DNA of 64,000 bases from Tubiluchus corallicola (lineage: Eukaryota > Animalia > Priapulida), in the NCBI GenBank assembly GCA_030141605.1, contig JAQGDQ010000979.1:9973-73972 (forward strand). The letters run 5' to 3'. Shown here in pieces: positions 52,214-64,000 of this stretch; within the stretch, counting starts at the first letter, position 1, and every line of letters starts with the position of its first letter. The notes under the pieces were generated by a model, which saw only the letters and a program-made list of their open reading frames with translations, was not told the origin of the DNA and did no database searches. The position numbers and the translations under genes were made by a program.

Positions 52214-53401
52214 TGTGATGATCGGTTATACCATCCATCATTGTCGCAACACCTATTTTGATATATCTTTCATATGTTGTTGTGTGTGCATAAATAATGA
52301 TCTAATTACTTTATTGATTTATTGCACTGTTTATTTAAATTTATATTACATTGTGTGTTTTTGTAAGATTTTGACACCAGATGGCTCTGGCCGCTTATTT
52401 CTCTGCTTACCTGTAATTAGGTTACCTGAAAATTCGAATACCAAATGGCTTCAACCTGTTTTGGGATCTTACTACAGAGTTTGTGTTTTACACTAGTTAT
52501 GTTCTGACTGTCGAAGTTACAGGGTGGTGGAGTTTTGCTGGTTAGTCCACATCCTGAGGTTGTTTTATATGGCTGAACACCAAGTTTGGTGTGAACCTGT
52601 CTTTAATGGTACTCGTATGCAGTGAGATGATTTGTCACAAAGACAATGGTTTTGTCTACTTTTGTTTATTCGTTGTTTGCGGTGATGGCACTGTCTTGAC
52701 ATTCCAAGAAGCAAGTGTTTGGTAATCATATTTCCACCTGGAGAATAGGACTCAAATTCTCGCTCAATAGAAGTGGAAAACCAGTCGAGGACCAGTTCTA
52801 CCTGGACCAATGGTCTGTCTGTTCGTCTGAACTAAAGGTTCTGTTTGTCACCCTGCAAAAGGACGACATCTGGCTTTATCACTGGAAGGCTGAGGCAACC
52901 AGGTACGAGTTCAATTGCTGGATTGCTGGAGCAGTTTTAAAGCGTGGTCCATGCAGAGGCTGGATTGGTGACCATTGGCAAAGAGTTGCTGGCAAGGACG
53001 TGGCTGACTACTGGAGAGGAAAAGCTGATGTGGTAAGGTTGGAGACTCAAGAGCGTGGTTGATAGATCCAAAAGCCTGATGAGAGACAGAAGCGTAGCCG
53101 GCCAACGTTACTTTTGGGGGAATTAGGTATTGTTGGAAATTGTTATCAATTTAATTTGCTATTGTTGTTTCACTGATTAAATTCTAAATCTAAATATTAG
53201 CTTTTAGTTCCGTTTTTGTTCTGATTAAATAATTTGCACGTGCACACAAGTGTTTCACCAGTGACACGGATTCACGTAGCCTACACAAATGAATGATTAT
53301 CCTGTAGATTTAGCATATAAAAGTGACGGAAACGCTCGAGAACTCTGAACACAGTACTCTGATTTCCTAACGTCCTGACTTAGTTATTACACGGCGTCAC
53401 A
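52214..53401 (+). repeat. 3' LTR (1188 bp)
   Basis: Direct repeat of 47193-48381. Confidence 0.97.
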
Positions 53402-53537
53402 GTAACTTAGACTTGTTTAAGATTCTTCTCACAGCTCTATTGCTAGTCCTGTGCTTACCCATATTCATCGGTGGACTGCCACCAGCTACTTCTGGTAAGA
53501 TTGATAGTTTTGTCATAAACCCTCGTTCACACTAGGC

Positions 53538-54076
53538 AACTGTGTTTTTATACATCGACTTTTTGCATAGTGGCATGTTATAACTTAAATGTTTCAAGTA
53601 CTTAAAATAGAAGTCAACTTGCTCGTTGTGAGAGATTCGAACCCCCAACCCTCGCACCGTGCACCCAGTCGCAAATGTGGATTATCTGATTAACAAAACT
53701 GTGTTTTTATAAGTCGACTTTTTTCATAGTGGCATTTTATAACTCAAATGTTTCAAGTACTGAAAATAGAAGCCGACTTCAGAGATTCGAACCCCCAACC
53801 CTCGCACCGTGCACTCGGTTGCAAATGTGGATTACCTGATTAACAAAACTGTGTTTTTATACGTGGACTTTTTGCATAGTGGCATTTTATAACTTAAATG
53901 TTTCAAGTTCTTAGAATAGAAGTCAACTTGCTCGTTGTGAGAGATTCGAACCCCCAACCCTCGCACCGTGCACCCCGTCGCAAATGTGGATTACCTGATT
54001 AACAAAACTGTGTTTTTATACGTGGACTTTTTGCATAGTGGCATTTTATAACTTAAATGTTTCAAGTACTTAAAAT
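53538..54076. repeat. ~159-bp tandem repeat, about 3.4 copies, containing a minus-strand Pol III box B-like motif
   Basis: aactgtgtttttata at 53538, 53697, 53847, 54006; each full unit has gagattcgaacc (= GGTTCGAATCTC on the minus strand). Confidence 0.88.
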
Positions 54077-54289
54077 ATACAGCTGTTAATTTCAAGGAAC
54101 CTCCTCATTGGCTATTGGTGTTTAAATATGAGGGTCCCTCATTACATTACAAGTTGTAATATTTTGTCAGAGACGCAGGTGTTGAAATTTGAACGTTTCA
54201 GGCTTATTAAAACAACATGCGATCAATCTACGTGCATATTGCACAGTAATAACTTTGTTGACAGAAACGTTGTGAATGAAATGATTCAG

Positions 54290-54559
54290 GAAGGAATGAA
54301 CGAAGGAGGGAAAAAGTGAAAAGAACAAACAAGCAAACGACTAAACGTATGAACAGCCAGAGAATGGATGAATAGATCAGTGATAGAATGAATGCGTGAG
54401 TGAGTGAGTGAGTGAATGAATGAGCGAACGAACGAACGAACGAACGAACGAGCGACTGAGTGAGTGAGCGAATGAATGAATGAATGAATGAATGAATGAA
54501 TGAATGAATGAATAAATGAATGAATGAATGAATGAATGAACGAATGAACGAACGAACGA

Positions 54560-54590
<31 letters not shown>

Positions 54591-54900
54591 AGCGAGCGAG
54601 TGACTGAGTGAGTGAGTGAGTGAGTAAATGAATGAACAAACGAATGAACAAAAGAACAAGTGGTCGAACAAAGAAATGAATCAATCAGTCTATCAATGAA
54701 TAAATGAACGACAGAGTGAACAAATAAACAGACAAAAATTAAACGAATGAACGAACAACAAAGTAAATGACTGAACAAGTGAGTGAATGAATGAATGAGT
54801 GAGTGAGGGAGTGAGTGAGTGAACTAAAGATGGAAAATGGATATGAAAAAACGAACAAAGTGATGAAATTCTAAAAGGAAAATAACGAACGAACGAAAAA
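54290..54900. repeat. (GAAT/GAAC/GAGT)n tetranucleotide microsatellite
   Basis: Direct reading. Confidence 0.92.
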
Positions 54901-54918
54901 CCGAAAACGTGGACATCT

Positions 54919-55797
54919 ACTTCGCCTGGATACGCCTCCACCCCTCCATAGATACGCCTTCTGTAATACAATAATTTCAAGACTGTCCGTGTTGCTGCAG
55001 TCGAGGCCTGGTAAAAGCTGCAAGCTAATGCATTTTCACTGAACTGGGGAATCAGTCCAGACACGCTTCGCCTGGATACGCCTCCACCCCTCCATAGAGA
55101 CGCCTTCTGTAATACAATAATTTCAAGACTGTCCGTGTTGCTGCAGTCGAGGCCTGGTAAAAGCTGCAAGCTAATGCATTTTCACTGAACTGGGGAATCA
55201 GTCCAGACACGACTTCGCCTGGATACGCCTCCACCCCTCCATAGATACGCATTCTGTAATACAATAATTTCAAGACTGTCCGTGTTGCTGCAGTCGAGGC
55301 CTGGTAAAAGCTGCAAGCTAATGCATTTTCACTGAACTGGGGAATCAGTCCAGACACGACTTCGCCTGGATACGCCTCCACCCCTCCATAGATACGCCTT
55401 CTGTAATACAATAATTTCAAGATTGTCCGTGTTGCTGCAGTCGAGGCCTGGTAAAAGCTGCAAGCAAATGCATTTTCACTGAACTGGGGAATCAGTCCAG
55501 ACACGACTTCGCCTGGATACGCCTCCACCCCTCCATAGATACGCCTTCTGTAATACAATAATTTCAAGACCGTCCGTGTTGCTGCAGTCGAGGCCTGGTA
55601 AAAGCTGCAAGCTAATGCATTTTCACTGAACTGGGGAATCAGTCCAGACACGACTTCGCCTGGATACGCCTCCACCCCTCCATAGATACGCCTTCTGTAA
55701 TACAATAATTTCAAGACCGTCCGTGTTGCTGCAGTCGAGGCCTGGTAAAAGCTGCAAGCTAATGCATTTTCACCGAACTGGGGAATCAGTCCAGACA
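54919..55797. repeat. 147-bp tandem repeat, 6 near-identical copies
   Basis: cttcgcctggatacgcctccacccc recurs at ~147-bp spacing (54920, 55066, 55213, 55360, 55507, 55654). Confidence 0.95.
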
Positions 55798-56042
55798 AAT
55801 AAATCTAAATGTTATTTTATGCACCGTCCCAGTTGGTCATTGATTTCTGAAGAAATCTAATCCGTCGCTGTCCGAACGTCAACAGGCTTCCAAAAGCTGC
55901 ATTAAAGAAGCGCAATCGCGCAAATCTTTGCACTGCTGTCGATAGGAGGCGCCACTGTCTACAGAAAGAAGAGTGGTAAATCAGTGCAAATTTGAGCAAG
56001 AAGAATTGCATTTGTGCTGTAATCATGTGTGGAGTGACAGGG

Positions 56043-56863
56043 AGGCAGGATGATTTTTCATATACTACCCCATTTTCAAGTTCGATAAAAAGTATACATT
56101 TTAACACAATTAATACTGCAAAAGCGTTTCTGATAAGTAAATAAAGGCTCAAAAACTTAATTAAGCACAAAACCAGCCCAATTATTGTTGACGTCACAAA
56201 CTAACATAATTTTCAACATCAAAAATATTTCACGAGCATGCTGCACGTGTTTGCAAAAGCGAAAAAAGTACAGTGATACTGTAAGATATTCAGTGTGTTG
56301 TACTAAAACTAGGCAAGTTTTAAGATAAAAATTTAAGTTTCAAATTTACCGTTGTGCTCACGCATGAGCTGCCGAATATGTGTAGTTCGTCACAAACTAA
56401 CACATCTGAACTGAGAGGTACAGTGTGTTGTACTAAAACTAGGCAAGTTTTAAGATAAAAACTCAAATTTCAAATTTACCGTTGTGCTCACGCATGAGCT
56501 GCCGAATATGTGTAGTTCATCACAAACTAACACATCTGAACTGAGAGGTACAATGTGTTGTACTAAAACTAGGCAAGTTTTAAGACAAAAATTTAAATTT
56601 CAAATTTACCGCTGTGCTCGCGTCACGCATGAGCCGTAGAATATTTGTAGTTCATCACAAACTGAACTGAGAGGTACAGCACCTGTTTTTTGTGCAATGC
56701 GTTTCCGAATTGCAGGCGCTAGTGTCCGTCTAACTAACGAATGGCGAAACGCATGTAACAGGGAAGAACTAATGGCGTGAACGCGAAATTGTGTTTGTGT
56801 TGTAAAAATTCTTTCATGTAAGTCATTTTTGAAAACATGGTGTGTTTCCTTTCAATATTTAAA
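56043..56863 (+). mobile_element. MITE family B copy with internal 130-bp triplication, cut at its right end by a LINE fragment
   Basis: Homologous to 24055-24585; the segment gtgttgtactaaaactaggcaag...ctgagaggtaca occurs three times here and once in the 24-kb copy. Confidence 0.72.
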
Positions 56864-56865
56864 GT

Positions 56866-57908
<1,043 letters not shown>

Positions 57909-58597
57909 TGAGTCGTAGTAGTAGACTGTTGTGGTGAGGATCCTAAATCGTGTTGTTCAAACTGTCTGATCCATTCCTATAATAAATTATGTTTAAACTA
58001 AACCGAAGCCAAGCTCCACACTCGAGACACTCGAAAACGATTACACGTGCTTGCTCATTAATTATGCAATGATACATGACAACGTGACACATTTTTCCTC
58101 ATCTGTTGAACAAAGAGATGCGGGAGACAGAGTTAGAATAGGTTCATTTTGCTGTATAAAACCGTACAGGCAGAGCTAGCAATCTTTTCTAGAAAACAAA
58201 AGCTAGCTCAGTTTTCTACACAGACAGTTAACTAATTTTTCTAGCAAAGTGCTATCTTACATTTTAGGCAAAGAGTTAACTAAATGAACATTTCTAGACT
58301 AAGTGCTACCCCACATTTCTAGGCAAAAACCTAGTCCACTTTTCTAGGCATATTATTATTATTATTATTATGAATATTTTTATTCGTGCTACATTCAGAA
58401 CATTCAACAAGCACTTTTAGAGATTGTAAGATATACATATGTTCATAGTAAACTACACCTATGGCTACAGAACCATGGTCAAATTTTGCTAGGCAGCTAG
58501 GAGAGCTAGCAACTTTTTACTGAACGCAGACCTAGACAACTTTTTACTAAGTAAAGTGCTTGCCAACTTTTGCTAGGCAAAGAGTCAGCTAGCTTGT

Positions 58598-58950
58598 ACT
58601 AGGCAAAAATGTAGCCAACTTATACTAGGTAAAGACCTAGCCAACTTTACTAGGGAAAGATGTAGCCAACTTATTCTAGGTAAAGACCTAGCAAACTTTA
58701 CTAGGGAAAGATTTAGCCAACTTATACTAGGTAAAGACCTAGCCAACTTTACTAGGCAAAGATGTAGCCAACTTATACTAGGTAAAGACCTAGCCAACTT
58801 TACTAGGCAAAGATGTAGCCAACTTATACTAGGTAAAGACCTAGCCAACTTTACTAGGCAAAGATGTAGCCAACTTATACTAGGTAAAGGCCTAGCCAAC
58901 TTATACTACGGTAAGGACCTAGCCAACTTTACTAGGGAAAGATGTAGCCA
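58598..58950. repeat. 51-bp dimeric minisatellite (26+25-bp subunits)
   Basis: tagccaacttatactaggtaaagacc alternating with tagccaactttactaggcaaagatg; diverged monomers extend back to ~58170. Confidence 0.88.
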
Positions 58951-60559
58951 ATTCTTATAGGCAAATACCTAGCTCACGTTTGTAAGCAAAGTGCTAACCA
59001 ACGTCCTTATAAACATGGCTTTGCTTCATTTATAAACTATCATTTGTTTTGGTTACCATATCATCGAGTAATGATTAATCATCATAAAACACGCATGCAA
59101 ATTAGATTGTGTCTGAAGTGAAATTTGACTGTGCTCTTAACAAAAAATCGTTGTTTAGTAACCACTCTAGTTGTCCAATGTCATTGAATCCAAATTTATC
59201 CTAAGCACTTAACTTTTAATCAAATGACCAAACTCATTTTTCTAACTTGTAAATCATTCGTTTATCTAATCTGAAAACCAGTAACCACTTAAATTTGCGT
59301 TTTTGCACAATGTCGCGTTTAATTATTTAACTTTTGCTCGTGCAGAACGCAAATTTACGAGTTCCACTCTAAAATGTTGAAAAAGCAGAAAAGTGACGTA
59401 AGCAGCCAGACGCTAATGTGGGAAACTGATTAATGATAATAAGCAAGAAGCCATTGCGTAGATCAGACGTTGTGAACAAACTCCCTAGTGACTGGAAGAG
59501 AAAATGCGTTCAGATGCGCCATGTTTGTTCGTTTGCTTGTTTCTATGTCCGTCTGCTGACAGTTTTTCGTTCAATTTAGGGGAGGTATTTATTCATCTTG
59601 CTAGTTCACCTCTCGTCTCCACACGAGCCGACACATTCAACCAGATTCGCCCCTACATATGCTCCGTCATTTGTATAGTTTGCCAGTACGCTCTTAGCCA
59701 GCTGTACATTTAACCGGTAGACACTTTGCCAGTTGCACATTCTGCCAATGTGCACTGCTTCAGAAGTACATTTCAGAGTTTTCAGAGAGTGAATAAATGA
59801 ACGAGTGAATGAAAAAATAAATAAGTGAATGAGTGAGTGAGTGAGTGAATGAATGACTGAATGAATAAATGAATGAGTGAATAACTGAATGAATAAATAA
59901 ATGAGTGAATGAATGAGTTTTCCTAGTGCACGCTTTTTTAACTATACATTTTGCCAGCACACTTTATAAATGTACAAATTGTGCCTGTGCACATTTTCAT
60001 CAGTAAAAATGGTTTTTATAACAATATTATGTGTTGTGTATGAAAGAATTAACAACACAACAGCAACAACAAACAATTGAAAACGTGATCTTTTTACTAT
60101 AAAGTTTAACTTTTCACGTGACTGATCTAATCATAAAATACTTATATGTTAATTATTTGTGGCATGGTAATAGTATTACAGTAGAAAGTTTTAACATTAT
60201 TTCATTAAAGTGCAGCAACATTTGCATTCTAAAAATGTGCTACCAGTTGCGAAAAAGTGAGCCAGCGAAATGTACCACTGGCGAGTTTTACATTGGCGAT
60301 ATGTACAACTGGCAAACCAAAGCCAGATGTCAATCACAAATCAATCAAATAGGAAAGCAGAATTTACGATTGGCTTATCATTTTACCACGAGGACGTCAA
60401 TTTTAGAAATTCGAAACTGCAGCATCAAGACTGTTTATTTGATTATCAGGTTAAACCTGTTTAGCTTGTAAATTTTATGAAATTTGTGGCATCAAAGCTT
60501 TGCCTTCTATTGATCCAACATATGGAGTCTGAAGACTTCGTACTAAGCCAATAGCATCG

Positions 60560-61508
60560 TACCAACCCTTAAGCAAGTCTAGTTGTCGACCCATTTCTTG
60601 GACCCTGACTGACCAGTAGTTTGGTACCATTCCTTAAACAAGTCTAGTTGTCGATCCATTTCTTGGACCCTGACTGACCAGTAGCTTGGTACCAATCCTT
60701 AAGCAAGTCTAGTTGTCGACCCATTTCTTGAACCCTGACTGACCAGTAGCTTCTTACCAATCCTTAAGCAAGTCTAGTTGTCGACCCGTTTCTTGGACCC
60801 TGACTGACCAGTAGCTTGGTACCAATCCTTAAGCAAGTCTAGTTGTCGACCCATTTCTTGGACCCTGACTGACCAGTAGCTTGGTACCATTCCTTAAACA
60901 AGTCTAGTTGTCGATCCATTTCTTGGACCCTGACTGACCAGCAGCTTGGTACCAATTCTTAAGCATGTCTAGGTGTCGACCCATTTCTTGGACCCTGACT
61001 GACCAGTAGCTTGGTACCAATTCTTAAGCATGTCAAGGTGTCGACCCATTTCTTGGACCCTGACTGACCAGTAGCTTGGTACCAGTGCTAAGCACCACTA
61101 GGTGTTGACCAATTTCTTGGACCCTGACTGACCAGTAATTGTACCAATTCTTAAGCACATGTAGGTGTTGTCGAATTTCTTGGACCGTGACTGACCAGTA
61201 ATTGTACCAATTCTTAAGCACCTGTAGGTGTTGTCGAATTTCTTGGACCGTGACTGACCAGTAGTTGTACCAATTCTTAAACACGTCTAGGTGTTGACCC
61301 ATTTCTTGGATCCTGACTGACCAGTAGTTGTATCAATTCTTAAGCATGTCTAGGTGTTGACCCATTTCTTGGACCCTGACTGACCAGTAGTTGTACCAAT
61401 TCTTAAACACGTCTAGGTGTTGACCCATTTCTTGGATCCTGACTGACCACTAGTTGTACCAGTTGTTAAGCACGTCTAGGTATTGACCCATTTCTTGGAC
61501 CCTGGCTG
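60560..61508. repeat. 63-65-bp satellite, about 15 copies
   Basis: Unit ttaagcaagtctagttgtcgacccatttcttggaccctgactgaccagtagcttggtaccaatcc. Confidence 0.95.
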
Positions 61509-61944
61509 AAGTCTATTCATCAATGTAAGATGAACGACGCATCATTATGTACAAAGTTGGACGTGTGAACACGAATTTGCACTCACGCTGAAGACGTGTA
61601 TGTATGGTGCCATCAGATTCATAGTCTCAATATCCGAGTCTACTGTCCTGCATTCCAATAAGACCTTTACCAACTATAGCTTATAACTGGTGTGTAAAAT
61701 CAATCACCTTTGTAAAATAAATGAAACCCTAACATGTTTATTAAGTGGCGATCACTTCCGCTAATGAAGCCATTATCAAACTGTAAATGAAGCCAGAAAA
61801 AGGAATAAATAACACATTAATGATACGGAGGCACAAACTGAAACTACAAAACAACAGATTAGAATTTATCTTAACAAAATAAAATAAGTGAGGTTGCAAT
61901 GGAAGAAATTCCAGAGAAATGGACAAATTTTTCACCCAACATAT

Positions 61945-62613
61945 GAGAGACAAGCAAAGAACACAACAGATAAACAATGAGAGCCAAAAAAAGAACACAA
62001 CAGGTAAACAATGAGAGACAGAAAAGAACACAACAGGTAAACAATGAGAGACAAAAAAGAACACAACAGGTCAACAATGAGAGCCAAAAAAAGAACACAA
62101 CAGGTAAACAATGAGAGCCACAAAAAGAACACAACGGGTAAACAATAAGAGCCAAAAAAGAACACAACAGGTCAACAATGAGAGCCAAAAAAAGAACACA
62201 ACAGGTAAACAATAAGAGCCAAAAAAGAACACAACGGGTAAACAATGAAAGCCAAAACAGAACACTACAGGCAAACAATGAGAGCCAAAAAAAGAACACA
62301 ACAGGTAAACAATGAGCGCCAAAAAAGAACACAACGGGTAAATAATGAGAGCCAAAAAAAGAACACAACGGGTAAACAATAAGAGCCAAAAAAGAACACA
62401 ACGGGTAAACAATGAGAGCCAAAAAAAGAACACAACGGGTAAACAATGAGAGACAAAAAAGAACACAACAGGTAAACAATGAGAGACAGAAAAGAACACA
62501 ACGGGTAAATAATGAGAGCCAAAAAAAGAACACAACGGGTAAACAATAAGAGCCAAAAAAGAACACAACGGGTAAACAATGAGAGCCAAAAAAAGAACAC
62601 AACGGGTAAACAA
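61945..62613. repeat. ~38-bp minisatellite (gagccaaaaaaagaacacaacgggtaaacaatga)
   Basis: Direct reading; unit length varies with the A-tract. Confidence 0.9.
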
Positions 62614-62754
62614 TTGGTCTAAGGCTACATAGTAAAAAGTTGTCTTACAAAGATCATGCATAGTACTTGATTTTGTTCTGCAGTAAAAACACTATTTTCT
62701 TTTCTTCTTTAAAATCTCATTCCACCTGTTGCAAGGCATTGAGGTATCAGGATT

Positions 62755-63045
62755 TATTAGAGTATTCTACCCACTCCTATCTGCAGCTAACAGCGTAAGT
62801 TCTTCTACTCCTAAATAAAGATTTGGTTGAAGTTGTTGAACATCTTTGTTTATCTTAGCTATCCAAGTTGTTTTAGGTTTATCTGGTGTTTTTTGCAAGA
62901 TTTTAAGGCTTCCATTAAAGCGATTCTTACTGGTGCTTCATTTGGTAATCTTAGAAGATGTCCTAGCCATCTTGATCTTCGCATCTTGACTTTTGAACTC
63001 CAATAAATTTCTTTTGTTCTTCTGTATGGATCTTCGTTGCTTTAT
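62755..63045 (-). mobile_element. Degenerate 3' fragment of an RTE-clade LINE ORF
   Basis: Minus strand translates (one frameshift, one stop) as SNEDPYRRTKEIYWSSKVKMRRSRWLGHLLRLPNEAPVRIAL...KPKTTW...LAADRSG*, matching the RTE C-terminal R-W-GH..R / PK-TW / A-DR-W pattern. Not in the ORF track. Confidence 0.8.
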
Positions 63046-64000
63046 TAGAAATTTTGTTTACTACTAAAAAAACTTGTTCGATTCGAATTCGAACGTTCGA
63101 TGCTCACCACTGCTACATAATAAAGAACCACAGCAGTAAGCACATAAGAATAACCCACAGCTTCTGCATTTTGAACTTTCCCTGTTGAGGAAGATGCGTC
63201 TTCAGTACATAATTTCAATATAGGATGGAATTTGAGCCGGGCTGTAGGTTGACCTGATAGCTGTCCTGTTATCCAAATCGACAAAAATCGTATGTTCTAT
63301 CTAACTTGAATTGGGCGACTAAAGTTGCATCATCTAACGGTTTTTATTGATATGTAATCAGTAAACTAATAAAGTAGCTAGCGTTTCTGCGCATGGTATG
63401 CCTTCAACTAAAATGGAAAACGAACTGAAACAATTAGCTCATTTTGCTCACGATTTAAGTCGGTCGAACTCGTATTGAATGTGTGCCAGTTGCACTAGGT
63501 GAGGTGCTCCTAATTAAGTTCGTTCCCGCAATGCACCACGTACTGAAAATGCTACTAAAAAGTTTTAATCTGAATCAACGGCTGTTTTTCAGATTGAGGA
63601 GAAGTGAATTTTCTACGTGCAGCACTTTCCGCTCATTGTTGCATTGAAACCTAGTTTAGCATCTCAGTTTTATAAACATCATTCGTCTTACTGCGTACAT
63701 TCATCATCCACGTTACTGCGCGCATCGTTAACCTTTTTTAGGTAACGAAGTCTTGTGTTTTTAAGAACACTTGACATTTGAGATTTCCCGCAGGGGGCGA
63801 CACGTGTAATATGTTAAGATCAGTTGATCCACTCTATGCAGGAAAATTGCCAAGCGTTACGCAAATTTGGATAAAATACAGATAATTTTCCTCTTGGTGG
63901 GTTGACTTATAACAGCTATTGCCAGCGTTTATGTGAGGTTGATGCTATTTACTCACACTACATAGTGACATAGAATATGAGGAATAGAATAGAATAGAAT

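Larger units (their letters stand above)
47193..53401 (+). mobile_element. Ty3/Gypsy LTR retrotransposon, Gmr1-like, internally deleted
   Basis: Paired LTRs with TGTGA...TCACA ends, 5-bp TSD GTAAC (47188-47192 and 53402-53406), PBS, PPT, gag-protease-integrase(N-term) ORF followed by RT connection/RNase H. Confidence 0.95.

Overview
Repeat-dominated eukaryotic (animal, probably invertebrate) genomic DNA; most of the supplied ORF track is an artefact of micro/minisatellites. The only long genuine ORF belongs to a young, internally deleted Ty3/Gypsy LTR retrotransposon (47193-53401). It has ~1.19-kb near-identical LTRs, a GTAAC target-site duplication, a tRNA-Leu primer-binding site and a polypurine tract. 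Its domain order (Gag-protease-integrase N-terminus...RT C-terminus-RNase H) marks it as Gmr1-like. It sits inside a 171-bp tandem array that appears to be an amplified copy of most of a signal-peptide-coding exon plus its GT splice donor (46333-46426), probably the first coding exon of a + strand host gene whose remaining exons I cannot find here. Other supported features: a 5S-rRNA-headed SINE3-like element, tRNA-derived SINE heads, 3' fragments of CR1-group and RTE LINEs (one with a 13-bp TSD), an hAT MITE with 8-bp TSD, several TTAA-flanked Kolobok-like MITE families carrying internal tandem repeats, and more than 20 satellite/minisatellite arrays, some with higher-order structure. No CRISPR array, intact tRNA or complete host gene can be supported. 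Family assignments come from motif recognition only; no database searches were run.
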